A stretch of DNA of 63,119 nucleotides, filler included, from Octopus bimaculoides (taxonomy: Eukaryota), in assembly GCF_001194135.2 (NCBI RefSeq). It is 8 parts of 7 records of this genome, joined end to end, with 100 filler letters (N's around TTAATTAATTAA, not from the genome) between each part and the next. Parts side by side here need not be neighbours in the genome. Positions count along the whole stretch, not along the records: positions 50,103 to 56,586 come from NC_068989.1; positions 56,687 to 61,856 come from NC_068993.1; positions 61,957 to 63,119 come from NW_026306918.1; 5 more parts are not named here. One strand, written 5' to 3'. Within the stretch, counting starts at the first letter, position 1; the number at the start of each line of letters is the position of its first letter. Shown one piece after another: positions 51,470-63,119 of the stretch. The position numbers were made by a program, and so were the translations under genes. The notes below the pieces were generated by a model. It saw only the letters and a program-made list of their open reading frames with translations, made no database searches and had not been told where the DNA came from.

Positions 51470-51691
51470 ACGTTTGTGTGTCTCTGTTTGTCCCCCCCCG
51501 CCCCCAACATCGCTTGACAACCAATGCTGGTGTGTTTACGTCCCCGTAACTTAGCGGTTCGGCAAAAAGAGAACGATAGAATAAGTACTAGGCTTACAAA
51601 GAATAAGTCCTGGGGTCGATTTGCTCGACTAAAGGCGGTGCTCCAGCATGGCTACAGTCAAATGACCGAAACGAGTAAAAGAGTAAAAGAG
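51470..51691 (+). mobile_element. SINE family B body and tail
   Basis: Near-identical to 46810-47011. Confidence 0.9.
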
Positions 51692-52010
51692 ATATATACT
51701 TATATGTGTGTGTGTGTGTGTGTGTGTGTTATGATATAACACTGTACATACATATATCTGAATGTAGGTTTGTATATGCATATTTGCACATGTGTATTTA
51801 TATATATACAATAAACATATACATACATATGTTTGGGAGTGTGTACAAGTAATAACTAAGTTTGTATAAGCTGGTGTGTTTGTGCGCGTGGCGACTATAT
51901 ACATAGTATCATATAAGCATATACATACATGCGTAAAAACTTTATTCTACTTCTTTTGCCAAGAGTGTATATTTCAGTAAGCTCATTGTGCCATTATTAT
52001 CCTTCACCAG

Positions 52011-52120
52011 TATTTTGACCTCATGAACTTAACAAAACTTTCGCCGCATACACCGATATTTGACCTTAATGTTTTTGAAAATTATGGGCGGCCGGCCAGT
52101 CTCCCTGGATGTCAGTGGTG
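52011..52120 (+). CDS. Candidate internal exon, product unknown
   Basis: Acceptor ttattatccttcaccag, donor GTG|gtgagt. Only one frame is open (YFDLMNLTKLSPHTPIFDLNVFENYGRPASLPGCQW), with in-frame stops just outside both splice sites. Confidence 0.35.
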
Positions 52121-52534
52121 GTGAGTACATTATTGTTAATGGTGATGGTGGTGGAGCTGACCGATAAACAGTTGTCAGGAAAACTTGAAAAGAGAAAAAT
52201 ATGTCTTTTCTTCCTTCTCTCTCTCTCTCTCTCTCTCTCTCTTCCTCCCCCCAGCCAGAAATTTTCCCCATAATAGAATACAGTGAATGCCTTTCTTTCG
52301 GGTTCGAATACGCCTCAAGCATATTTGAACTAGTAACAAGTTTGTATTTACAATTAGTATATGTATTTATGTGTGTGCGTAAGTACATATGCACACACAC
52401 AGACACACACACACACACTCACAGGTGCGTGTTTATACAATTGTGTACGATACCTAGTTTTTTGTTTGTAGTTCATCAAGAATGATGGAATATAGCTAGG
52501 AAAGTCACTGGAAAAAGTGACATTTTATTTCGAC

Positions 52535-52795
52535 GCTGTGTGGTAAAAAACCTGCTTCTCAAATATACAGTTCCGGGTTCGGTCCCACTGTGACACCTCG
52601 AACAAGATCCCAAGTGTCTTCTACTATAACCCCGGGCCTGCCAAAGCCTTATGAGTGGATTTTGTAGACGGAAACTGAAAGAAGCTCGTCGTCGTGTGTG
52701 TGTGTGTGTGTGTGTGTCTTTGTGTTTGCCCCACTTCACCGCTCGACAACCGGTGTTGATGTGTTTACGTCCCTGAAACCTAACTGTTGAGCAAA
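52535..52795 (+). mobile_element. SINE family B, older and 3'-truncated
   Basis: Diverged head, internal (TG)n and the start of the body. Confidence 0.75.
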
Positions 52796-54704
52796 AACGA
52801 TCTGCCATACCAAAATGGTAGATCGCTAGTAAGGAGAGGCAAAAAAAGAAAAAAAAGAAAGAAGAAAGCAAAGGACCACTGATGAGGTCACAGAAGTGTG
52901 ACGAATGAACTCTGGCCGAAATACAATTAATATAAAATAAAGCTGAAGCAAGTGAACACCAAATATATAGTGCGTATGTTTTCATTGGCTAAACTGACAA
53001 CATGACCGTCCCCAAATATAACAATATTGCTATATGTTATATTTTAATAATTACTAATATTTTATATATTATATATGTAAAGCATAATATGTCATACATG
53101 TATATTGTTATAATTGTCCTTTTAGTAAATAAATAAATTGACATAATATAATGTCTATAAGTTGATGAATACCACCTATTGATCCCCTCCACTTTCTTAT
53201 TGCTCTCTCTCTCTCTCTCTCTCTCTCTCNNNNNNNNNNNNNNNNNNNNNNNNNNNNNNNNNNNNNNNNNNNNNNNNNNNNNNNNNNNNNNNNNNNNNNN
53301 NNNNNNNNNNNNNNNNNNNNNNNNNNNNNNNNNNNNNNNNNNNNNNNNNNNNNNNNNNNNNNNNNNNNNNNNNNNNNNNNNNNNNNNNNNNNNNNNNNNN
53401 NNNNNNNNNNNNNNNNNNNNNNNNNNNNNNNNNNNNNNNNNNNNNNNNNNNNNNNNNNNNNNNNNNNNNNNNNNNNNNNNNNNNNNNNNNNNNNNNNNNN
53501 NNNNNNNNNNNNNNNNNNNNNNNNNNNNNNNNNNNNNNNNNNNNNNNNNNNNNNNNNNNNNNNNNNNNNNNNNNNNNNNNNNNNNNNNNNNNNNNNNNNN
53601 NNNNNNNNNNNNNNNNNNNNNNNNNNNNNNNNNNNNNNNNNNNNNNNNNNNNNNNNNNNNNNNNNNNNNNNNNNNNNNNNNNNNNNNNNNNNNNNNNNNN
53701 NNNNNNNNNNNNNNNNNNNNNNNNNNNNNNNNNNNNNNNNNNNNNNNNNNNNNNNNNNNNNNNNNNNNNNNNNNNNNNNNNNNNNNNNNNNNNNNNGGGG
53801 GAGAACAATAGACTGAACTGTAAAGCTGTTTATTTATAAATGAATGGTTCAAGGTCAAGGCCAAAGAGCATGAATTGTTTTGATTTTAGTTCATTTTTGT
53901 TGTTGATTATTTTGTTTTTAAAGATTTACTGATTAAAAATCTTTTGTACACGTACACGACACACATACCTCTGTACGCACATACAAAACCGCCCAGACGT
54001 TTCTTTTGACCAGTCACGCTTGAATGATTGCCAAGGACAGCAGTTAAGTAGTTTGACCTCCACCACCACCACCACCACCGACAGCAACCTAACATGAAAC
54101 TTATTTTCAAAGAAAGGAAATCGGTCACTAACACATTAAGCATTTTTCGGCGATTCAGTTGTCAAATACCTTAAATGATTCAGCTTACAGATAACATGCT
54201 GTCGAGTCACTGAGGTGGGAAAAAGTTGCATGCATGTGTGTGGTCCCAAGACTTGCTAAAAATAGTGGCAAATTTCCCTCAGATCGCACCGTGCAAACTT
54301 AGAAAAATGAATGGCGCAATTAGATATTGTAGTCCTAGATATACTATGCCTGCAAAGAGAAAAAAGAGGAGAGGCATTTGACTACAGATCTGCTTAACAA
54401 GCGCTGACCAAGGAACTAATAAATTCAAGTAGTAATTTGTCTATCAGCTTATTTATATACACATATGTAGTTGCGTATATTCTTACATATATACACATCT
54501 CTATATGTATATTTATGTGTATGCACGCCTAAATGACTGTGTCTGTGGGGGGTGGGCGCACACACACACAGACTGGGTGTTCGGGCTAAATTTGATAGTT
54601 TGCATTAGGGAAAAGAAAACACGATATCCTATCCAAAACCAGAAATAAGAGTATTTTTTTTTTAAATCAAAATTTATGAAATAGATTATGGGCAAAAGAT
54701 AAAT

Positions 54705-55290
54705 TTACTCAAAGTAACCACCCTCAGCTTCCATCACGGTCTCAAGACGGTTCTGGAACCTGGGTTATATGTTACCTGGGTAACCTGGGTCACTGTGCCC
54801 CTAGGAACATCTTTGGATGAATCCAGGNNNNNNNNNNNNNNNNNNNNNNNNNNNNNNNNNNNNNNNNNNNNNNNNNNNNNNNNNNNNNNNNNNNNNNNNN
54901 NNNNNNNNNNNNNNNNNNNNNNNNNNNNNNNNNNNNNNNNNNNNNNNNNNNNNNNNNNNNNNNNNNNNNNNNNATTAATTGTGACTTTTTTTTCCTGTGA
55001 CTTTATTACCGGTCACCCTTTGAACACCTCCTTCATCTTGGCCACCAGCATGACCTTGATGTTGCAGGCAGAGCGGTTGGTGTCTTTCTCAACCGCGCTC
55101 CACACATTATAATTCATTAGATTACAATTGAGGGGGGGTAGGAGGCCAGAAACTGGGGTTGGTGAAGTTGTAGAATCTCTCCGACAACCACTTCTGGCTC
55201 TTTCCGGAGGAATGGCAAGGAACCGAATCCTGCTGCCACAAACATGGCTTTCCAGCATCAATCCTCTCCAGTCAGGGATTATGACATCAA
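54705..55290 (-). mobile_element. Tc1/mariner transposase C-terminal remnant, maT (DD37D)-like
   Basis: LERIDAGKPCLWQQDSVPCHSSGKSQKWLSERFYNFTNPSFWPP..NCNLMNYNVWSAVEKDTNRSAC and, across the gap, RFQNRLETVMEAEGGYFE*. Confidence 0.85.
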
Positions 55291-55687
55291 GTGTTTCTTT
55301 ATTGCGAAAAGCGTTTACACATGCGCGCGCACCATTACCACTACTAATTACGTCAAATTGTCTCATACTTTAATCCCTCATTCTAGCAAAACTCTCTGTA
55401 CTGCAACCCCAATTATACGAAGGCAATCTTAGTCATGCAAGCTGCATTGTGACCTAAGTGCTGATGCTACGAAAAAGAAATCCCGCTATATGTTGTAAAG
55501 TGGTTTACATTAGTAAGGTCATCAAGCCGGATTCTATCAAACCGTCCTATCCATGATATCATAGGACAAAACCATTAAATGATAATGATGATGATATCAA
55601 TATATAAAGGAGTAAATGTAAGGATAAGCGAGTTACGCAAGTCAATATACAAAAAGTATCGACCATTTAATACAAAAAATGTACATA

Positions 55688-56113
55688 CCATAAATCCTCG
55701 AGTATAGTCCGCCCTTGAGTATAATATGCAGGGGATTTTTTAAGGGGCTGTACCTCTGAAAAACCTAAACCTTGTGTATAATACGCACCCCTTCTCTAAC
55801 TTGAATCAAGTAGGTCTATATAACGTCCTTGGTTTGTAAACGTATATACGGTAACGTCCTTTATTATTATTGTATATATAACATAATGCAAGCGTGTAGC
55901 TTTTTTGTGCACTATGTTTGCAGAAAATAAAGAAATAACAGTAATAAAGTCAGTGAAAAATAAATATTAAGTAAATTGCCTTTACATATTTATCACTTAG
56001 AAAATTTTGCTTAGAAAATATTTTTCATTTTTAACCTCGTATATAGAACGCACTAGAAATTTTGACCATTAAATTTTAGGAAAAAAGTGCGGATTATACT
56101 CGAGGATTTACGG
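55688..56113. mobile_element. pogo/Tc2-type MITE with TA target duplication
   Basis: 25-bp TIRs ccataaatcctcgagtatagtccgc / gcggattatactcgaggatttacgg (2 mismatches), with TA on both sides. Confidence 0.82.
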
Positions 56114-56217
56114 TATTTTTATATATAAAAAGGTCCGATTTTACAGAAAGGAGATTAAAGATGGAAAGATTTCATCTTTAATCTCCTTTCTGTCAACATC
56201 TCAAATGTAAAATTTCT

Positions 56218-56308
56218 TCCCTGAAGACGGAGGCTGGTATTATCTGATGATAGAATCAATTTACAATCATTATTTTGGACCACAAAACCCCCAGAAACAG
56301 CTGTTGGA
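56218..56308 (+). ncRNA. Minimal type I hammerhead-ribozyme-like motif (Penelope-like terminal repeat remnant)
   Basis: TCC-CTGAAGA-CGGAGG...CCCCCA-GAAAC-AGCT-GTT-GGA: intact core boxes, palindromic loop III, 3-bp stem I and an imperfect stem II. Confidence 0.45.
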
Positions 56309-56765
56309 CTCATAAAACTCTTAGTCCACCCCTTTAATTCCTGCTATCATTTATATGTAAAACTATGTACATTTTTTGTATTAAATGTATTTAATATTTT
56401 TTGTATATCGACTTGCCTAACTTGCTGATCCTCAGATTTTATTCCCCTACCTGCTCAAGTTTAAACTTCTTGGGCACTACGAAGTGTACTCTATACGGAG
56501 AATGGTCCAGATGGACTATATGTAATCTGAACCTTTCCCCCCTTGTTTTTTTTTTTTTTTTACGGAATCCCACGTTTTAGGCTATGNNNNNNNNNNNNNN
56601 NNNNNNNNNNNNNNNNNNNNNNNNNNNNNNTTAATTAATTAANNNNNNNNNNNNNNNNNNNNNNNNNNNNNNNNNNNNNNNNNNNNTATATATATATATA
56701 CATATATATACATATATTATATATATATACACACATACATATATATACATATATTATATATATAT

Positions 56766-56820
<55 letters not shown>

Positions 56821-56930
56821 CTATACATATATTATATGTATATAATATATATACATATATTATATATATATACACACATACGTATTATATATATATATAT
56901 AAATATCTATACATATATTATATGTATATA

Positions 56931-56961
<31 letters not shown>

Positions 56962-57213
56962 CAATATAGATATATACATATATATATATACATATATTAT
57001 ATATATATGTAAATATATATATATAAATATATATACATATATATACAATATATATACTCGAGCAGACCATTATCCACAAAGTTGACTTTAAAAGGATTTA
57101 GATAATCCTATATCAGATGGTGCTATTAAGTTAGACATGGCCTGGACCAATCTTTGGTCGAAACATATCTAAATTTTATACATATATACACATATTATTT
57201 TACATATATATAA

Positions 57214-57250
<37 letters not shown>

Positions 57251-57708
57251 TATATATATTTATATATATAGTCCTGTATGCGAAAGACATGATATACATA
57301 CATAACATGGATGTACATGAACGTGAACGACTAAACACACAGAAGAAGCCTCATGTATATGAAGGAATGCAAATATAAATAAATATAAGGGGGAAAAAAA
57401 TCTGATGAATAAATGACGTTAAGGGGGAGGTGGGAGGAGGTAGAGAAGCTGGGAAGGAGGAGATTAGAAAATTATGTAAACTAAGATACAAGCAAACATA
57501 CAAACATACGTAATGTGATTTAATAAGATTCCCTAATAGAATTCCTTTAATAGAACAAGTGAAATTGTGTAGGGCGATGAGGATCTGGGAGTAAGGAAAA
57601 GAAAGTGTGTGAGTGAGTGAGTGTGAGGGAGAGGAGGAGACAGAGAGAGAGATGGTGTTGTTACCCTGGTTAGTAATAATGAGAGGGGTGAGTATTAGTA
57701 ATCAACGG

Positions 57709-57709
<1 letters not shown>

Positions 57710-57756
<47 letters not shown>

Positions 57757-57795
57757 TAGATAGATAGACAGACAGACAGATAGATAGGTAGATAA

Positions 57796-57828
<33 letters not shown>

Positions 57829-57860
57829 CGGACATACAAATAGATAGATAGATAGATAGG

Positions 57861-57900
<40 letters not shown>

Positions 57901-58010
57901 CAGGAAGATGATAGACAGACAGATATATAGATAGATAGACAGACAGATAAATAGATGTTAGATAGATAATTAGACAGAAAGGCTATCTAGCTAGATGGGT
58001 AGCTTGATTG
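57710..58010. repeat. (GATA)n/(GACA)n tetranucleotide array
   Basis: Directly visible. Confidence 0.95.
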
Positions 58011-58063
58011 ACAGATAGACAGAGATGCGGAGAGAGAGAAGGAGAGAGTGAACGAGAGAGAGA

Positions 58064-58105
<42 letters not shown>

Positions 58106-59006
58106 GTAACGTTGCACAACCAAATGCAAAAAAGAATCTAGCTGAGGGTAAGTTTATTCTATAAAATATAGTTTTCGGCACTTCATATAGCAGCAAACAA
58201 GGTGTAGGGTAAGGGTATACATGAAATATCTTGTTTCCTTGCAGACGAAAATAAGGGGAGTTTTGGAGTGTGTGAGTATGCGANNNNNNNNNNNNNNNNN
58301 NNNNNNNNNNNNNNNNNNNNNNNNNNNNNNNNNNNNNNNNNNNNNNNNNNNNNNNNNNNNNNNNNNNNNNNNNNNNNNNNNNNNNNNNNNNNNNNNNNNN
58401 NNNNNNNNNNNNNNNNNATATATATATATATATGCATATATATATATGCATATATGTATGTGCATACTTATACAGACGCAAGTATGCTCAAATTCACTCG
58501 CACGCACACATGAAATACTGCTCAGATGCTCACAAGTATACAAAGAACGAAAAAGGACTCTACACATAATTGAGTTGTCTAATTATTGTACATCTGTCTT
58601 CTGTCGATATATGCAACTGTGCATGTGTGAGTATGTATGTATATATATGTATGTGTGTGTGTGTGTGCAGGTAAATGTGTGTATGTATATAAACACAACG
58701 CATGCACACACATGTACACACACACATAGAGCCAAGAGCGGACCGGTAGACGGGTGGTAGAGCGGGGGGTGGGGCGTTCAGGCGCTCGGGTATATGTTAA
58801 ACATTGTTATTTATTACTTCCAGTGATTGTTCTAAGATACGGTCACAATAATTAATTTTATAAAGATATAAACAAAATATTAAAATATATGTATATATAT
58901 AAACAAAAATAATTATGAACCGAATAACCTTGCACGTTTGTAAGTTGAACACATGCATACGGCCCTACATGTAACTGTGTGCACACACACACACACACAT
59001 ATATAC

Positions 59007-59037
<31 letters not shown>

Positions 59038-59275
59038 GGCACATATATATATGTACATATATAAATACATATACATATATATATACATATATATACACAT
59101 ATATATATATACATGTATACATATATATATGTATATATATATATATACAATATATATATATTAGTATATATATAATTATATACATGTATATATATATACA
59201 TACATTTATATATATACACGTACATATATACATATAATCATACATATATACATATACATACATACACATATATAT

Positions 59276-59420
59276 TCTTTTATTCAGTTTCCGTCTACCA
59301 AATCCACTCACAAGGCTTTGGCTATAGTAGAAGACACTTGCCCAAGGTGCCACGCAGTGGGACTGAACCTGGGACCATACGCTTGGGAAGCAAGCTACCT
59401 ACTACACAGCCACTCCTGCG

Positions 59421-59422
<2 letters not shown>
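59276..59422 (-). mobile_element. SINE family B head
   Basis: Reverse complement of 19624-19785, with an internal deletion. Confidence 0.9.
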
Positions 59423-59457
<35 letters not shown>

Positions 59458-59509
59458 NNNNNNNNNNNNNNNNNNNNNNNNNNNNNNNNNNNNNNNNNNN
59501 NNNNNNNNN

Positions 59510-59545
<36 letters not shown>

Positions 59546-60484
59546 CAAAAGACGAAGACGGGTGTGTAAACAACACATATACATATGTAACTACACGTGG
59601 ATTGTTGGCGATTTTTTCCCTTCGTGTTCCTTTTCTGTTGGACTTTCCTCTGTTTCCTGTTTCTGAGGAAGAGCTTTGCTCGAAACATAAAATCACTTTT
59701 CTCTCCTCGCATTGCTGTTTTTTTCTTGTCTTTTTTCCCCGCTTTATATACATACATACATACATGCATACATACATACATATATACATACATACATACA
59801 TACATACATGCATACATACATACATACATATATATATATGTGTGAGGAACAACGTACTTATCCTGTCATCGACAAAGGGTTTCTTTTCGCGAGCGTATGT
59901 ATGAGCTCTCAGACATACAAAGGTAAGCACAGTTAGAACAGAAGCAGAAATTGTATTGAAACTGTAAAGACATTTATACCCATATATAGTTATATTCATA
60001 AATATGTACGTGTATGTATGTACAAACACGACTCATACATATATACATATATATAAATATATACATACACATACAGTTTTTTTAATACTGTTATGTTGTC
60101 TACATTGAGCAAGGATGGGCATATAAGGCCGTGTCCAACAGTGACATCTCCAGAAAACAAAAGCTTCTGGCAGGAGTGGTGAGAGCCAGCGTATTCTCTT
60201 GTCTTATTTTCCTCTTTCCTCCTTTTCTCTTTCCTTTCTTTCTTTGTTATGCTGTTTTCCTTGACTGTTCAAGGCTGTGTATCAACTCGGCCCACCACCC
60301 ACCCACCTTAACCTGGCATCTTTTAAATTTCAGGTTTTATTATCGATATAACCAAATAAAATAGAATTTTATTAGGGTTCGTGTGTTGAATAGCTGATAT
60401 TAATGCTGTTGTATTCGGTTTCACTGATCGTCTGCCCGTGGGACGCCTTCCACATCACGTGTGCATGTGTATAATTATTGTTTC

Positions 60485-60690
60485 TATTCTTTTATTTGTG
60501 TTGATCATTGGACTGCGGCCATGTTGGAGCAACGCCAACCGATCCCTTTAGTTCTTTTCTTTTTTCTTTGTTCTATTGTACTCTTTTTTATTATTTTTTT
60601 TTTGCCGAATCGCTGAGTTACGGGGACGTAAATAAGCCATCACCAGTTGTCATGTGATGGGGGATAAACCCAAAGACACGTACATCACAT
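60485..60690 (-). mobile_element. SINE family B body, decayed
   Basis: ttggactgcggccatgttggagca..ttttgccgaatcgctgagttacggggacgtaaa. Confidence 0.7.
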
Positions 60691-61724
60691 TCATTTATAT
60701 CAAATTACAAATATATATATGTATATATATTTATGTGTGTGTGTGTGTGTGTGTGTGACAAGCTTCAACACAGTTTCCGTCAAGCAAATTAACCCGCGGT
60801 TAAAGAAGAACACGCTCGATCAGATTGCCGCACGGTGGACTGAAACCGAAACCACGTGCTTTCAAAACGAACCTCTGAACCACACAACCATAGTAACGGT
60901 CAAATCCTTAATATCTTTCTTTAATCAATGATTCTGGAACTCAACAAGTGTGCGGGGCCAACAAGGTAGCTTACTACGAAATTGCTAGAAATAACAGAGA
61001 AAGAGTACATTATTTAATGTAGTCTTATATAAATAATCCAAATGATGGATCTTGTTAAATTTCTTCTAGCCACTTGAAGTGTTTCAAATCATCAGGTTAT
61101 TTTCAGAACATTTTGTATGCTGATGACAGAAACCGCACTCATTTAACAATAAATTATAATAATAAATATTAATTAATAATAAATAATAATACATTAGTGT
61201 TGAAAATCTGAAAATGGGGACAATTTGAAATACTTCAAAACTGGTTGAAGGAAATTTAACAAGATTCCGATAGACAGAATATACTGGGAAATATAATTCC
61301 TTCTGTTGAGCCAGAGTGATGACAACAGATCTTCGTCGCCTGACGCCGAGGATTCAACCGTTCTATCAATTGAATTACCTGTTCCTGAGTAAGTGGTTGA
61401 GTATTCCACAGATGTGCCCTTAATGTAAATATACTCAGGCAGAATCAACGTGATACAGGATGTGACAAACTGTACCCTCTGAATTACAGGTAGAATCTAC
61501 CTAACAGGCTTCTATTCAGTTTCCATGTACTCAATTTCATCCACAAAGTATGAATTGAACAAAAGATACAGAAAATGACAATTACTGAAAATGTCATGCA
61601 TTGAGATCGATCCTGAGTCCTCATATGTATGAAGCGAACTGCTTAATCCTTCGGCCACGTGGAACATAAAAAATTATTTCACTGCCATAGTGATCCTACA
61701 ATATATACATCATGATTCGTCTAC

Positions 61725-61856
61725 CGTTACGTTCTGAGTTCAGATTCCGCCGAGGTCGACTTCGCCTTTCATCCTTTCGGGGTCGATAAATTAAGTACCA
61801 GTTGCGTACTGGGGTCGACCTAACCGACTGGCCCCCTCCCCCAAAATTTCGGGCCT
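61725..61856 (+). mobile_element. SINE family C, young copy running into a gap
   Basis: gttctgagttcagattccgccgaggtcgacttcgcctttcatcctttcggggtcgataaattaagtaccagttgcgtactggggtcgac. Confidence 0.9.
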
Positions 61857-62089
61857 NNNNNNNNNNNNNNNNNNNNNNNNNNNNNNNNNNNNNNNNNNNN
61901 TTAATTAATTAANNNNNNNNNNNNNNNNNNNNNNNNNNNNNNNNNNNNNNNNNNNNTCAGCTGTCTCTATTCTAACTAGACGTTTCGAAGATACACACAC
62001 ACACACGACAGGCTTCTTTTATTTTCCGTCTAACAAATCCACTCACAAGGGTTTGGTCGGCTCGAAGCTATGGTAGAAGGCATATATAT

Positions 62090-62125
<36 letters not shown>

Positions 62126-62139
62126 ATTATTTACCATGT

Positions 62140-62236
62140 CTAAGACGACCACCACCATCACTACTACTACTACCACTAATGTCACCACACCAACACCAAT
62201 ACCACAACCACAGCCACAGCCACTGTTGCAGTTACA

Positions 62237-62274
<38 letters not shown>

Positions 62275-62277
62275 AAT

Positions 62278-62324
<47 letters not shown>

Positions 62325-62394
62325 ATGTTACCACCAAAATGACCACCACCATCAATAATACAATTATTACTGCTAACACCACCACCACTACCAA

Positions 62395-62445
<51 letters not shown>
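62140..62445. repeat. (ACT)n/(ACC)n trinucleotide repeats
   Basis: Directly visible. Confidence 0.95.
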
Positions 62446-62447
<2 letters not shown>

Positions 62448-62633
62448 GCATGCTACGATGTATTTCACATGCCAACAGATGGATTCTTTAGACTAGGTTT
62501 ACCATTTCATCGCTGATTTTGTTTTCTGCAAAAAGAATTCTATTTATTTATAAGTGTGTGCATGTAACATACATACATACATACATACATACATGAGTAT
62601 ACGTATATATTCATATGTGAAATGTGTGAAATG

Positions 62634-62706
<73 letters not shown>

Positions 62707-63070
62707 GTGTGCATCTCAAATGTGTGTATGTATGTATGTATGTATGTGTTTATGCGTGTAGAAATATAAAGAGAAACGCACTGAGACAGACACATTCGCA
62801 AAATATACGATATATGTAGCAATAATAAAATGAGGAATAGGCATAACTAAAATAGACAGACAGGCAGTGTGATAGACAAATGTATTCTTTTACATTATTA
62901 ATTATATTTCCTCAGATGAATGTGTGAAGGGGAGAATCGTTACGAAGTTAGAAACCAAAGAAAAACTTGGCAGATTAGCTTAATACATACAGACAGACAG
63001 ACAGACAGCTAGGCAGACAGACAGACAGTTAGACAGACAGACAGATAGACGGGTGGATAGCTAGATAGAT

Positions 63071-63119
63071 TGTGTGGTAGGTAGCTTGCTTACCAACCAC
63101 ATGGTTCCGGGTTCAGTCC
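63071..63119 (+). mobile_element. SINE family B head, cut by the window end
   Basis: tgtgtggtaggtagcttgcttaccaaccacatggttccgggttcagtcc. Confidence 0.8.

Overview
AT-rich, microsatellite-saturated, gap-riddled eukaryotic draft-assembly DNA. It is most likely an octopus (inference from the tRNA-derived SINE families, the extreme (TA)n/(TG)n load and octopus-style C2H2 finger remnants). No complete protein-coding gene, rRNA, true tRNA or CRISPR array is supportable, and almost all ORFs in the supplied track are microsatellite or N-gap artefacts. Recognisable content: dozens of copies of at least five SINE families (labelled A-E here, my labels), LINE remnants (L1/Tx1 endonuclease and RT, R4/Dong-type RLE element, RTE, CR1), DNA transposon remnants (Tc1, maT-like mariner, pogo/Tc2-type and hAT-type MITEs, Helitron), a decayed C2H2 zinc-finger array and a few unassigned candidate exons. 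I do not see a clearly new biological system. Best leads: (1) several decayed minimal hammerhead-ribozyme-like motifs (GAAAC-palindrome-GTH) typical of Penelope-like elements, (2) an inverted two-part R4/Dong insertion in TAA repeats, (3) a possible SINE-RTE template-switch chimera, (4) an unclassified element with perfect 28-bp TG..CA inverted termini, (5) a 39-bp-periodic hairpin mini-array and (6) a CpG-depleted domain suggesting a methylated gene body. The TTAATTAATTAA words inside N runs are scaffolding artefacts.
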